DNA of 64,000 bases from contig CAWBOS010000012.1 of assembly GCA_963790475.1 (NCBI GenBank), positions 736,001 to 800,000 on the forward strand, given 5' to 3'. Positions 51,400 through 60,570 of this stretch are shown here, in pieces; the stretch's first letter is position 1; every line of letters starts with the position of its first letter. The notes below the pieces were generated by a model, which saw only the letters and a program-made list of their open reading frames with translations, searched no databases and had not been told where the DNA came from. The DNA comes from an uncultured delta proteobacterium (GTDB lineage: Bacteria; Desulfobacterota; RBG-13-43-22). The position numbers and the translations under genes are program-made.

Positions 51400-52783
51400 T
51401 TAAAGCCAGGGGGCAAGAAGGCGAGAAAAGAACTCCTTGATCCTTTCCAGAATCGGTCTCTGCGACCATTTCTCGCCTGTCACCTCGTCCGATGCCGACA
51501 ATGTCCTGCTCGAACATTTCTTCCATCTTGTCGGCGAATTCCTTTCCGATCACAATGACATTGATCTCGTTGTTGTAAAGGAAGCTCTGCAGGTCTATGT
51601 TGGTGGATCCTACCGTGGACCATACCCCATCGATGACCGCAGTCTTGGCATGAACCATTCGGCCATGCAACTCGAAAAGCTTTACCCCCGACTCAAGAAG
51701 ATCGCTGTAAAAGGAGCGGCCGGCATAGAGGGCGAGATTCGAATCGCTGGAGCCGGGAAGGACGATCCTCACAGCGACCCCTCGTTTTGCCGCTTCGGCG
51801 ATGGCCTTCCTGGTCTGATGGTCCGGCACAAAATAGGGCGTTGTAAGATCGATTAAATTCCGGGCGTTTTTGATGGCCGCCACGTACATAACATAAGTAA
51901 GGCGATGAGTCTCTCCCGGGAAGCTCGGTATTACCTGGACGAGCTCTTTTCCCTGAGCATTCAGGGGGGGAAAATAGTTTCTGTCGGCCAGAGAAGGCCC
52001 CTTTTGGTGACCCCAGGCTTGAATGAAAGACTTCTGCAGTTCCGCTACGGCAGGTCCTTCGATCTGAATATGGGTGTCCCGCCAGCTTTCCTTAGAATGG
52101 CCCGATTCGCCGCTCAGGGAAGAGAAACTGCCGTAATAGACGCTGCTGATATTCACTCCCCCCGTAAAGCCAATCTTTCCGTCTATGACGACCACCTTGC
52201 GGTGGTCCCGCCGGGTGGTGAGAACCTTCTTCCGTACCTTCAAGGGGTTTATGGGATTGAACTCAAGAACATTCACGCCGGCATCACGCAGGTGCTGAAA
52301 GAAGGCTGACGGCGTGCTGATCGAACCCACCGCGTCATAGAGGAGGTTTACCTGCACCCCCTCCGCCTGTTTCCTCATCAGCAGGTCGGCAAATTTCCGA
52401 CCGACCTCGTCGTCGCTGAAAATGAAAGTCTCGAAATTGATATGATCCTTCGCGCCTTTGATAGTTTTGAACATGGCCTCGTAGGTGGCCGGCCCATCGA
52501 TGAGGAGAGTGACCTTGTTTCCTGCCGTCAGCGGGTGACCGCCGACGGATTCCATGAGGGCGACCGTCTTTTTGATCAGCTCTTCGGCGTTCGCACCCTG
52601 CTGTTCCCGGGAAAGCACCGTCTGCGCCCGCGATCCGGTCAGCTTTCCCTTCGGTCCAACTATTTCAGGGGGAGTGAGAGGTGTACTTTCCGTCACCGAG
52701 GTAACATTGGGAAGTGAGGCGGCACATCCTCCCAGAAAGAATAGGCACAGGGACCCAAAAAGTGCGAGTATGGTATGCCGCAT
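51400..52783 (-). CDS. cls: Cardiolipin synthase (PLD family, lipoprotein-type), frameshift near 51497
   Basis: Two HKD motifs (HRKVVVID, HAKTAVID) and an LGGC lipobox. True tail (EKWSQRPILERIKE..WL) is in a shifted frame. Confidence 0.88.
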
Positions 52784-53083
52784 TTCTGCATCCTTTATCA
52801 ACAGGGAGTCCCCGCTAAAAGAACCGTCCAGGGGAAGGTCATAGATATCCAAACCTTTTGAGATTTAATGGGGTTTAATCCTCCGTGGCCATGTTCTGAT
52901 TGCTGACGGTAGTTTTCCGGAACAGGGCTGATTTAAGGTCGCCCCTATTAAGCCTGACAGGTCTCCTCCGGCCGCTTTCTTTAATTCACGACTTCCGATC
53001 AAAGACACAACCAGAAGCGTTTGGGGGATCACCCTTAATCCTCCCGGAGGCACCTGCCTCCGGAGAAAAAATAATACAGGCCT

Positions 53084-53632
53084 TTACCATAAATAGAAGG
53101 TTAAGCCGGCACTGACGATATAACCATTCGTTTTCAGGTCCTTAACTTTTTGATCGCTAAAGTTCAGGAAGTAGTAACGCAGATCAGCGTTAAAAACCAC
53201 ATTGGGGGCCAACCGGATATCAACCCCGCCCCCTAAGTGAGCGCCAAAGTCATTGGTCCAGGTGCTGCCCTGGCTATCTTCTACTTTAGAATAATACCAG
53301 CCAACCCCACCCAGGAGATATGGGGAAACCGGTGCCCCTGGTATGAGATAGAACAGGGCGGAAACCAAAACCGGGTAACTGGTGATCTTTCTATTGTTTG
53401 GAAAGGTCTCTTCCGGGTGGTAATCCACCAATCCTTCAATGGCCAGGGCCGGAAAAAGCTTCCACCGGGCCTGCAGTCCTCCGTAAAGCTTTCCGTCATT
53501 GGCATCCTCGGCTTTGTACCAGCCCCCTCGAATCCCCAGGCCGAATTTTCCGCCATCATCGGCATGGCTGACTACCGGATACAAAAATAACCCCAAGACC
53601 AAGAACATTAAAATTAACGTCGTTTTTTTCAT
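53084..53632 (-). CDS. Outer-membrane 8-stranded beta-barrel protein
   Basis: Signal peptide, alternating beta strands (SPYLLGGVG, HLGGGVD) and aromatic C-terminus. Confidence 0.8.
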   Translation of the reverse strand: MKKTTLILMFLVLGLFLYPVVSHADDGGKFGLGIRGGWYKAEDANDGKLYGGLQARWKLFPALAIEGLVDYHPEETFPNNRKITSYPVLVSALFYLIPGAPVSPYLLGGVGWYYSKVEDSQGSTWTNDFGAHLGGGVDIRLAPNVVFNADLRYYFLNFSDQKVKDLKTNGYIVSAGLTFYLW

Positions 53633-53859
53633 GTTACCCTCCTTTTTTCAATACTGTCCCTCAAGCCATGGATTTAAATTATCTTCTATGTCGGTAACCT
53701 CCGGCAGACTCCCCGACTAAATATCCACCCAAGGCTCCTAAACCGGCGCCAAGGGCAGCGCCTCCGAGAGTATTTCCTCCTACAATAGTGCTGAACAAAG
53801 CCCCTCCCCACGCGCCTCCTGTCCAAATATCTAACCTTCTCCAAAAAGGTCCAAAAGGA

Positions 53860-54009
53860 TTACAATGGTCTTCGTCCCCGAATGACTCGGATCAGTACTA
53901 CAACGATGGCGATGACCAACAGGATATGAATGAACCCACCAATCGTATAACCACTAATGAATCCCAAAAGCCACAAAATTGGGAGAATCACAAATATGGT
54001 CTAAAGCAC
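53860..54009 (-). pseudogene. lmo0937-family small membrane protein with TAG at codon 3 (not in the ORF track)
   Basis: AGGAGG then GTG CTT TAG ACC... reads ML*TIFVILPILWLLGFISGYTIGGFIHILLVIAIVVVLIRVIRGRRPL. Confidence 0.75.
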
Positions 54010-54728
54010 CGCAGCCTCCTTTCCATCACCCAAAGTGCCTATTTTGTTTAATTCATTCCATGACGCACCATCGAAATAAAACTATCCTCTTTGTACTACA
54101 ATATCTTCATCATGGACCCCATGCCCCATGGGAACTGCGAAATATGAAATAGGATTCAGGGAGTCTAGTGAAAAGCAGTGAAATTAAAACTCTTGAACCC
54201 CCGAACTTTTTTTGAAATTATCGTTGAAAGTGACCTATGAAGTAAATAACGGGATTCCGGTATTTTTTCAGAAAAAATCATGTAGCTTGAAATAGATTTC
54301 CCTTCTTGAAGGCGAAAGACGATCCTTTTTTAGCCGGACCCTGGAAGAATACCGGGTCATTACCCATCGGCCAAGACGGTGAAGCCCCCAAGAAGGAAGG
54401 GTCTGCCAGTTCTTTTCCCCTTGACCGTGTCTTTTTTGTTCCTTATACTCTTCTCATTAAAACAAATCGTTATCAAATGGATGTGAACGCCGGCCCGCTC
54501 TGTCCTGGAAGCGTGGGTTTGATCTGAATATCCCGGGAACGTCCCCTCGACATGCCTTAAGATAAGTGACGGCAGCGATAGTGGCTGTGGCCGCATAGGG
54601 ATGTTCTTGAGGCCGTAGAACCATTCATGAGCACACCACCGGCCATCAAAATGGAGAAGAAGACGTCTATTTGCAGAACTAGCGGGAATTCATACGAGGC
54701 AGCCACTACTTAATGGTGAGGAGCCTTT

Positions 54729-56123
54729 ATGATTCTTGAAATGCATTGTCACACTGCCGAGCACTCCGGCTGCAGCCACGTGAGTGCTGCAATGGTTGCC
54801 CAACGCAATTTTGAGATAGGCTTGCAGGGTACGGTGTTTACTGATCATCATTACCTATGGCCGCCTGAGGAAATTAAGCAACTAAGGAACAAGATCAAAG
54901 CGCCCGACTATTATTTTGTCTTATCCGGTCAGGAGGTGGCTACCCCGGAACTAGGTGATGTTCTCGTCTACGGTGCGGATGCTTCAATCGAAAAAGGGAC
55001 TTCCCTGGAAAATATACGAAAGCATTTTCCCCCCGCGGCAATTATCTGGGCTCATCCCTATCGCCATGAAAATATCCCGGCCCACGACAAGTTATTTCAT
55101 CCCCTTATCGACGGAGTAGAAATATTCAGTTCAAATCATACGGTGGGCGAAAGCAGTCGAGGGCTGCGTGACTGGCATAATCTTAAGTTTACCGCTATTG
55201 CAGGAACCGATACCCATGCCTTAAGTTACGCCGGGCTTTATCCCACTATTTTTGACCATCTTGTCTCTAATATAGCTGATTTGGCTTTTGAAATCAGAGC
55301 GGGTCGCTGCCGTCCTTTTTTTAAAGAGATTCCTCGCGCGGGTTCCAGCAGTACCCAGGTAACGGAAATCACCGTCGGAACCGGCCGCCGCGGCGATATT
55401 CGCGAAAGATACGTCATTAAGAAACACGAAGATTTCAACGCCTGGCAATCCGCCTCCCGGAGGTCAAAAGTAATGGATGAGATCCGCCGCCACGGATTTG
55501 AGAAAGGGAAATTTCGTGTCCCGAAACCGCTGGCCAATGACCGGGAAAGCCTTACGATCATTGAGGAGGGAATCAAGGGCAAAACCCTTTTCGACAAGCT
55601 GGTTGAGTCCGAGCCACAGGAGGCCAGGGAATGTCTCGAAATGGCGGCCGAGTGGCTGGCTCGCCTGCACAACTGCCGGCTGCAAATTGCCCCGCCCGAA
55701 GAATTTTTCTCAGATGAAAAATCTCATCTCCAACGGTATCTCTCGGGTTTTTACGGGACCGGCCATCCTCATGCCCGAAAGGCCCAGGAGATTATGGACC
55801 GGGTCATCGAGGCCGAATTGTCTTTGTACGGCGGACACCCGGACAAGCTGATACAGGGACACGGAGATTACCATCCAAAAAATATTTTTATCGGGCAGGA
55901 TTCTGACGACCCCGTTTCCCGGTTTGTGGCTGCTATTGATTTCGGGAGCTCCTACACTATGCCGCCCGCCTCCGATGTAGGCACATTTCTTGCCCAGTTC
56001 AGAAACCAGCTTTACGGCCGGAAAGAGGTTTATGCCAAAGTCACCGAAAACGTCTTCCTCCAGAAATATCTGAATGAGGCTAAAGATTTGGATGATGATT
56101 TTCTCACCCCTTACTCCCCATAG
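54729..56123 (+). CDS. PHP phosphoesterase fused to an APH/choline-kinase-like phosphotransferase, possibly C-terminally truncated
   Basis: EMHCHT, TDHH, AHPYR and GTDTH motifs, then HGDYHPKNI and IDFG. Ends abruptly. Confidence 0.8.
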   Translation: MILEMHCHTAEHSGCSHVSAAMVAQRNFEIGLQGTVFTDHHYLWPPEEIKQLRNKIKAPDYYFVLSGQEVATPELGDVLVYGADASIEKGTSLENIRKHFPPAAIIWAHPYRHENIPAHDKLFHPLIDGVEIFSSNHTVGESSRGLRDWHNLKFTAIAGTDTHALSYAGLYPTIFDHLVSNIADLAFEIRAGRCRPFFKEIPRAGSSSTQVTEITVGTGRRGDIRERYVIKKHEDFNAWQSASRRSKVMDEIRRHGFEKGKFRVPKPLANDRESLTIIEEGIKGKTLFDKLVESEPQEARECLEMAAEWLARLHNCRLQIAPPEEFFSDEKSHLQRYLSGFYGTGHPHARKAQEIMDRVIEAELSLYGGHPDKLIQGHGDYHPKNIFIGQDSDDPVSRFVAAIDFGSSYTMPPASDVGTFLAQFRNQLYGRKEVYAKVTENVFLQKYLNEAKDLDDDFLTPYSP

Positions 56124-56571
56124 ACAGAAGCGGACACACCATCCATCGGGTTGCCATTCGACAATTTCGTAAGCCACAAAATTAAGAGAATCACAAACAT
56201 GGCCCAAAGTGTGTTCGACTCCTTTCTGACAACCAGAATCCACCTGTCTATAAGGCAAAACTTGAAATAGGGTTATCCACATGTTTTTCACAAGAAATAC
56301 TGTATGCTGGGACCGGTTTCCCATGGACGAGACGAGGGCGACTTGCCTTTCAAACTTTAAAAATGAATCAACTCAAACTCAGTGGCGGCTCTTTGCGCCG
56401 GCAACCGGACCGAGGATGTCTGGCCTAGGGGATAAGGGCATCTTGATTTTTTTTTGACGAAGTATCCGCGAGATGTTACTATAAAAATCGATCATATCGA
56501 ACCATTTGTTCTCTCCGGTCGGGATATGAGAGGTCATAGCGACCAGCCAATCAAGGCATTGGAGGACTGAA

Positions 56572-57297
56572 ATGAATGCCGTATGGATACCCAATACACT
56601 TACCTTGGGAAGTCTCACCTGCGGCTTCGTATCGGTGGTCTATGCGAGCCACAGCTCGTCAGACGGTAGCATCATGGCCGCAGTCCTAATACTGCTGGCA
56701 GCGCTACTCGATGGACTGGACGGAGAGGTAGCCCGCCGGCTTGGCGTAGTAAGCCCCATAGGGAAAGAACTCGACTCTCTTGCGGACTGTGTCACTTTCG
56801 GGGTTGCCCCGGGTTTTCTCGCCTACAAGGCTTACCTGGGCGGTACCAGCCTGGCGCTGGCAGGACACACCATCGACCTGGGAATCCTGATCGCGGCCGT
56901 CTTCCCCGTCTGTGCGGCTTACCGGCTTGGGCGGTTCAATGTCCAGTCTTCACCGGGTTCCTTTAGTGGTCTTCCTTCGACCATCGCCGGAAGCTTGGTG
57001 GCGCTCACTCCACTCACCTTCCATACCACTGCCATCTCTAAGCCGGTTTTTTCCATCGTATTTCTTATTGTGGGATTTCTTATGGTCTCGACGGTAAGCT
57101 ATTCCAAACCTCAGTCCTATATTCTTAAGAATCTACATGGAATTAAAGCTGTAGGATTCATTGCCTTGCTTACCCTCCTTCTGCTCCGGTTCGGGTTCAG
57201 GATCATATTTCTCTTCATCTTTCTTTTCATCGCTATCTATGTGCTTTCAGGACTTCTCGGCTATATCATTAAAACCATCGAAGAGCACCGTTACTGA
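56572..57297 (+). CDS. pssA: CDP-diacylglycerol--serine O-phosphatidyltransferase
   Basis: DGLDGEVARR...GKELDSLAD.VTFGVAP, RLGRFN and FSGLP motifs. Confidence 0.9.
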   Translation: MNAVWIPNTLTLGSLTCGFVSVVYASHSSSDGSIMAAVLILLAALLDGLDGEVARRLGVVSPIGKELDSLADCVTFGVAPGFLAYKAYLGGTSLALAGHTIDLGILIAAVFPVCAAYRLGRFNVQSSPGSFSGLPSTIAGSLVALTPLTFHTTAISKPVFSIVFLIVGFLMVSTVSYSKPQSYILKNLHGIKAVGFIALLTLLLLRFGFRIIFLFIFLFIAIYVLSGLLGYIIKTIEEHRY

Positions 57298-57593
57298 TCC
57301 CGATAATCCGGACGGTACTTCCGGGTAGGCATTCGTTATCTCTGACTGCCGAAACGGAGTATCAATGAAGATCCTGTCGAAGATTATTTTGAGGCCTAAG
57401 GGCCTGAAGACCACCCAGGCCTATTTGGGCAAGATAATTTGGAGCATAGTTTCCTGAGCTCTTTATCTGTGATAAATTTGGAAAAAATCAAGATCGCAAA
57501 GGGTAATCAATAAAAGCTATTTTGCCAAAAAGTATGATATTGCTAATTTTATATTTTCTGGTAGCACAGACACGATATCTCCTATTATGCAAT

Positions 57594-57686
57594 TGGCTAA
57601 TGCGGCGTTGATCCGTGGCCCGCAGCTTGAGGGGGCCGAGGGTCCATTCAAGCAAGTGACATCGGTGTCCAATGGCCTGGTGGTTA
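57594..57686 (-). repeat. attC-like site A (direct repeat of site B)
   Basis: Shares CTAATGCGGCGTTGA.CCGTGGC...AGTGACAT...GTCCAA.GGCCTGG with 58390..58478; forms an imperfect hairpin. Confidence 0.6.
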
Positions 57687-57737
57687 CCGTTGCAGCGGAG
57701 CCGACCGGGACAGGGGCCCGACGGGGCAAGGCCGTTG

Positions 57738-58034
57738 TCATGGCAAGATTTCATCTATTGGCAGTATCTGCTTGCCGTGCCGAATTGTGAGGATTGATAT
57801 TTGTTTTTTTTCAATGCGATAAAGGATGCGGTAATTGCCGTAAATCAGTTCTCTAAATCGATTGTTTCTAATTCCAGGGACAACCCTACCGATTTCAGGA
57901 GAAGATTTTAAACGCGCCACTTTTGAAAATACCGTGTTAATCCATTTTTCTGCCGCGAAGGGTTTGTCTTGGGCTATATATTCGGCGATTTCCGAGGCCC
58001 TGTCAATGGCCAACGGTGACCAAATAATTTTCAT
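57738..58034 (-). CDS. RelE/ParE-family toxin
   Basis: WSPLA...IAEYIAQD..PEIGR..RELIYGNYRILYR..IRHG; overlaps the antitoxin stop by 4 bp. Confidence 0.9.
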   Translation of the reverse strand: MKIIWSPLAIDRASEIAEYIAQDKPFAAEKWINTVFSKVARLKSSPEIGRVVPGIRNNRFRELIYGNYRILYRIEKKQISILTIRHGKQILPIDEILP

Positions 58035-58312
58035 TGTTGGACTCTTTTCAAGACTTTTCTCCTTGCCTCTTCATGAGCAATTCCTTGCCCGTTTTCGAGT
58101 TGATTCAGGGATGCCTGAACATCCGTCAAAAGTTCAAGTTTCTCCTGAATGGCTTCATATTCATGAGCATCCAGCAAAACGGCAACACTTTTTCCATGCT
58201 GGGTAATAATCACAGGTCTCTTTGTGTCATGAACTTGCTTTATGAAATTTGCGATAGCTATCCTTACTTCAGATAACGGTTTTATATCTTGATCAATTTT
58301 AACTCTTTGCAT
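58031..58312 (-). CDS. Phd/YefM-family antitoxin
   Basis: DIKPLSE...RPVIITQHGKSVAVLL..EYE. Start placed at ATG 58312. Confidence 0.9.
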   Translation of the reverse strand: MQRVKIDQDIKPLSEVRIAIANFIKQVHDTKRPVIITQHGKSVAVLLDAHEYEAIQEKLELLTDVQASLNQLENGQGIAHEEARRKVLKRVQQ

Positions 58313-58341
58313 TTTGCACACCTCACATTGTCTATAAATTA

Positions 58342-58376
58342 TGTACATTATAACGTACAATAAAAAGTATTTGCAA
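58342..58376 (-). promoter_or_regulatory. TA promoter with operator palindrome
   Basis: TTGCAA-N18-TATAAT overlapped by the TGTAC-N8-GTACA palindrome. Confidence 0.65.
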
Positions 58377-58389
58377 GGGATTTATTCAG

Positions 58390-58478
58390 GCCTAATGCGG
58401 CGTTGACCCGTGGCACGCCGCTTGCGGGTCGAAGTCTCACACCTACGAGTGACATTGTTGTCCAACGGCCTGGTTGAT
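58390..58478 (-). repeat. attC-like site B
   Basis: Minus strand CATCAAC-CAGGCC-GTTGGAC...GTCAAC-GCCGC-ATTAGGC has the R''/L''/L'/R' layout with an extra base in L''. Confidence 0.65.
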
Positions 58479-58636
58479 GCGCCTGCGGCGGTTCTCAAGA
58501 ACTTCGTCAAAAGGAAAATCGGTATCACCTCATCCCCTTTACCGTGCCTCGTCTCATTTACTCCCATAGAAACTTGCCTTTCCATCTTGAAAAGCCTGGC
58601 TGGAGTAATTAGATTGAATACAAATAAAAGTTAGGA

Positions 58637-59341
58637 ATGAGAGCCATGAAAAAAGACACCCATATCTCCCGACGTACCCTCCTGGCAGCAGCAGGCGGCG
58701 CTATGGTCAGTATCGGTCTGCCGGGGAGTTTTGTGAAACTCTTTGATTTTGAACAACAGGCCCTTGCCGCCCAAACCAGGCCTGACGGAAGGCCCCGTAT
58801 ACCCCCGGGTCAGGAAGCGATAAAAAAGATTCTTAATATGGGCGGTAGTCCTGGAACAGCTACAGTTGACAACTTTACGCTCCATATCAAAGGTGAGGTG
58901 GAAAAAGCACTTGTTCTTTCTTACGAGGACCTGCTGGCACTTGAGCAGGTTCAATTAACCTGTGATGTACATTGCGTTACGGGCTGGACTCTATTGGATT
59001 CCCATTGGAGCGGGGTCCGCCTGAGCACCATAATGCATCTGGCTAAGCTACGGAAAGAGGCCAATTTTGTTATCTTTAAGGCCGCTGCCGGTTATACCAC
59101 CAACATCCCTATAGCAGAGGCCCGCAAGGAAAATGTTATTCTCGCCCATAGTTTCTTTGGCCAGAAGCTTCCGAAGGAGCACGGCGGCCCTGTGCGGGCC
59201 CTGGTGCCCGACCGCTACTTTTACAAAAGCGCCAAGTGGCTGGAAGAAATTAAATTTACAGCCAAAGATGAGCCGGGATACTGGGAGAGTAATGGTTACA
59301 GCAATTCCGCCGATCCCTGGAAGGAAGAGCGCTATAGATAA
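58637..59341 (+). CDS. Tat-exported molybdopterin-dependent oxidoreductase (sulfite oxidase/MsrP-like), copy 2
   Basis: SRRTLL, DVHCVTGW, HGGPVR, YKSAKW and GYWE motifs. Confidence 0.9.
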   Translation: MRAMKKDTHISRRTLLAAAGGAMVSIGLPGSFVKLFDFEQQALAAQTRPDGRPRIPPGQEAIKKILNMGGSPGTATVDNFTLHIKGEVEKALVLSYEDLLALEQVQLTCDVHCVTGWTLLDSHWSGVRLSTIMHLAKLRKEANFVIFKAAAGYTTNIPIAEARKENVILAHSFFGQKLPKEHGGPVRALVPDRYFYKSAKWLEEIKFTAKDEPGYWESNGYSNSADPWKEERYR

Positions 59342-59391
59342 CGCCGAAGGGGCCGTATTTCTGGCTGATTCGCTGCACAGCGTGGTCAGGC
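59335..59391 (-). repeat. Shortened attC-like site between mazF and the molybdoenzyme gene
   Basis: Minus strand GCCTGAC (contains the mazF stop)...GGCGTTATCT (overlaps the molybdoenzyme stop); the right arm appears deleted. Confidence 0.45.
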
Positions 59392-59721
59392 AATGATCTC
59401 GTTCAGTCCTTCAATGACCTGAATCAATTCTTCTTGAGAAGTCTTGCCAATAAGCTTTCCGATTCTTTCAATGGAGAGAGTTCGTATTTGACCGATCTTA
59501 GCCCATGATTGTTTTGGTAGGTTGCCCGATTTCAGTTCAAGTGTCAGAGGGAATCCTGCTTTCTGGGACTGGCTCGTGATAGCGACGGCTATGACAGTTC
59601 CAGATCGCTCGTTAAAGATATCGTGACTTAGGATCAATACTGGGCGGAGGCCAGCCTGCTCTCGACCTCGGGTGGGATTTAGGTCTGCCCATCGAATCTC
59701 GCCTCTTAATATTCCGGCCAT
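59386..59721 (-). CDS. mazF: PemK/MazF-family toxin
   Basis: RGEIRWADLNPTRGREQAGLRPVLILS and QIRTLSIERI motifs. Confidence 0.92.
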   Translation of the reverse strand: MAGILRGEIRWADLNPTRGREQAGLRPVLILSHDIFNERSGTVIAVAITSQSQKAGFPLTLELKSGNLPKQSWAKIGQIRTLSIERIGKLIGKTSQEELIQVIEGLNEIIA

Positions 59722-59948
59722 TGGCTCACATCCTCGGTCATTCCTTCCTCAGCCATTGCCTTTTCAGCTACCCGGTCGAGTTTGGAACATTCAATCGCCA
59801 GTCGGCTTCGTTTGAGTCGCAGTAATTTCTCGCTAACCGCTTCTCGGATGGCCTGGCTGCGGTTTTGAAAAACGTGCCTCTTGACCAGTCGATCCAATTC
59901 GCCAATGAATTCCTCATCCAGTGTAATTGCTATCTTTTCTTTAGCCAT
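59706..59948 (-). CDS. Ribbon-helix-helix (CopG) antitoxin
   Basis: KIAITLDEE..LD.LV...NRSQAIREAV; overlaps the toxin start. Confidence 0.88.
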   Translation of the reverse strand: MAKEKIAITLDEEFIGELDRLVKRHVFQNRSQAIREAVSEKLLRLKRSRLAIECSKLDRVAEKAMAEEGMTEDVSQWPEY

Positions 59949-59969
59949 CTTATTGCCCTCCTATCCATA

Positions 59970-59988
59970 GTATGACATTATATCATAC
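59970..59988. promoter_or_regulatory. TA operator palindrome over a -10 box
   Basis: GTATGA-CATTATA-TCATAC; the minus strand contains TGaTATAAT. Confidence 0.6.
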
Positions 59989-60024
59989 CGTCAACCATAC
60001 AAGCAATCACCATTTTTATTCCAG

Positions 60025-60096
60025 TCGTAAAGACGCGGTTAAGTAGGCAGCAAATCCGCTTCGCTCCTTTGCCGCCCACTTAACTGCTTGTACGGG
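60025..60096 (-). repeat. attC-like site
   Basis: GCAGTTAAGTGGGCGGCAAA...TTTGCTGCCTACTTAACCGC long imperfect hairpin; core sites degenerate. Confidence 0.55.
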
Positions 60097-60250
60097 CTCT
60101 TGTGCCCGACCGCTACTTTTACAAAAGCGCCAAGTGGCTGGAAGAAATTAAATTCACAGCCAAAGATGAGCCGGGATACTGGGAGAGTAATGGTTACAGC
60201 AATTCCGCCGATCCCTGGAAGGAAGAGCGCTATAGATAAAGCCGACGGCT
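60089..60250 (+). pseudogene. Third, 3'-only copy (~50 codons) of the molybdopterin oxidoreductase gene
   Basis: Nearly identical to 59191..59341 ([16 protein letters not shown]...KEERYR stop). Confidence 0.92.
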
Positions 60251-60253
60251 TTA

Positions 60254-60318
60254 TTTATAACACGGAGTTCACCGGGAAGCCCGGCTGTCGGGCGATCCGG
60301 TGGAACGCCTGGTTAGGC
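60254..60318 (-). repeat. Canonical-looking attC site
   Basis: Minus strand GCCTAAC-CAGGC-GTTCCACCGG...CCGGTGAAC-TCCGT-GTTATAA. The upstream gene's TAA lies inside R''. Confidence 0.85.
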
Positions 60319-60570
60319 GGCGGCTTGGGGATTTTCTTTGCCAACAATTTGCCATAGCGCTTCTATGGTATCTGCAGATAAATCGGCACCACAGTCCCAT
60401 TCAACGAAGTATCCCCCGTTGATAACCTTCATGAATTCGGTGGGGTTTTTAAGGGCTTCAAAGGCCTCATACTTCAGATAGGGACTGACATCAAAATTGC
60501 CGATGTGACCGTCGTCTGCGACGATGGACAACACCCAATTAGGTTGTGGTGAAATTCTTACTATTCTCAT
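60313..60570 (-). CDS. DUF2442-domain protein (putative antitoxin)
   Basis: FDVSPYL...F.AL....F..V......VEWDCGADLSADT pattern. Confidence 0.8.
   Translation of the reverse strand: MRIVRISPQPNWVLSIVADDGHIGNFDVSPYLKYEAFEALKNPTEFMKVINGGYFVEWDCGADLSADTIEALWQIVGKENPQAAA

Noticed and set aside
54001-54003. In-frame TAG in the lmo0937-like gene as pyrrolysine/readthrough
   Set aside because: It occupies a position where Trp (TGG) is expected in a non-enzymatic peptide within a decaying region, and no pyl genes are seen. A simple nonsense change is more likely.
53788-54051. Asp/Asn/Gln-rich plus-strand ORF
   Set aside because: It is the antisense shadow of the hydrophobic lmo0937-like gene.
56124-56571. 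Short ORFs between the PHP-kinase gene and pssA
   Set aside because: No family motifs; cannot be supported as genes.
57594-60318. Spaced repeats as a CRISPR array
   Set aside because: The repeats are long, dissimilar hairpins separated by whole genes; there are no constant-length spacers or cas genes.
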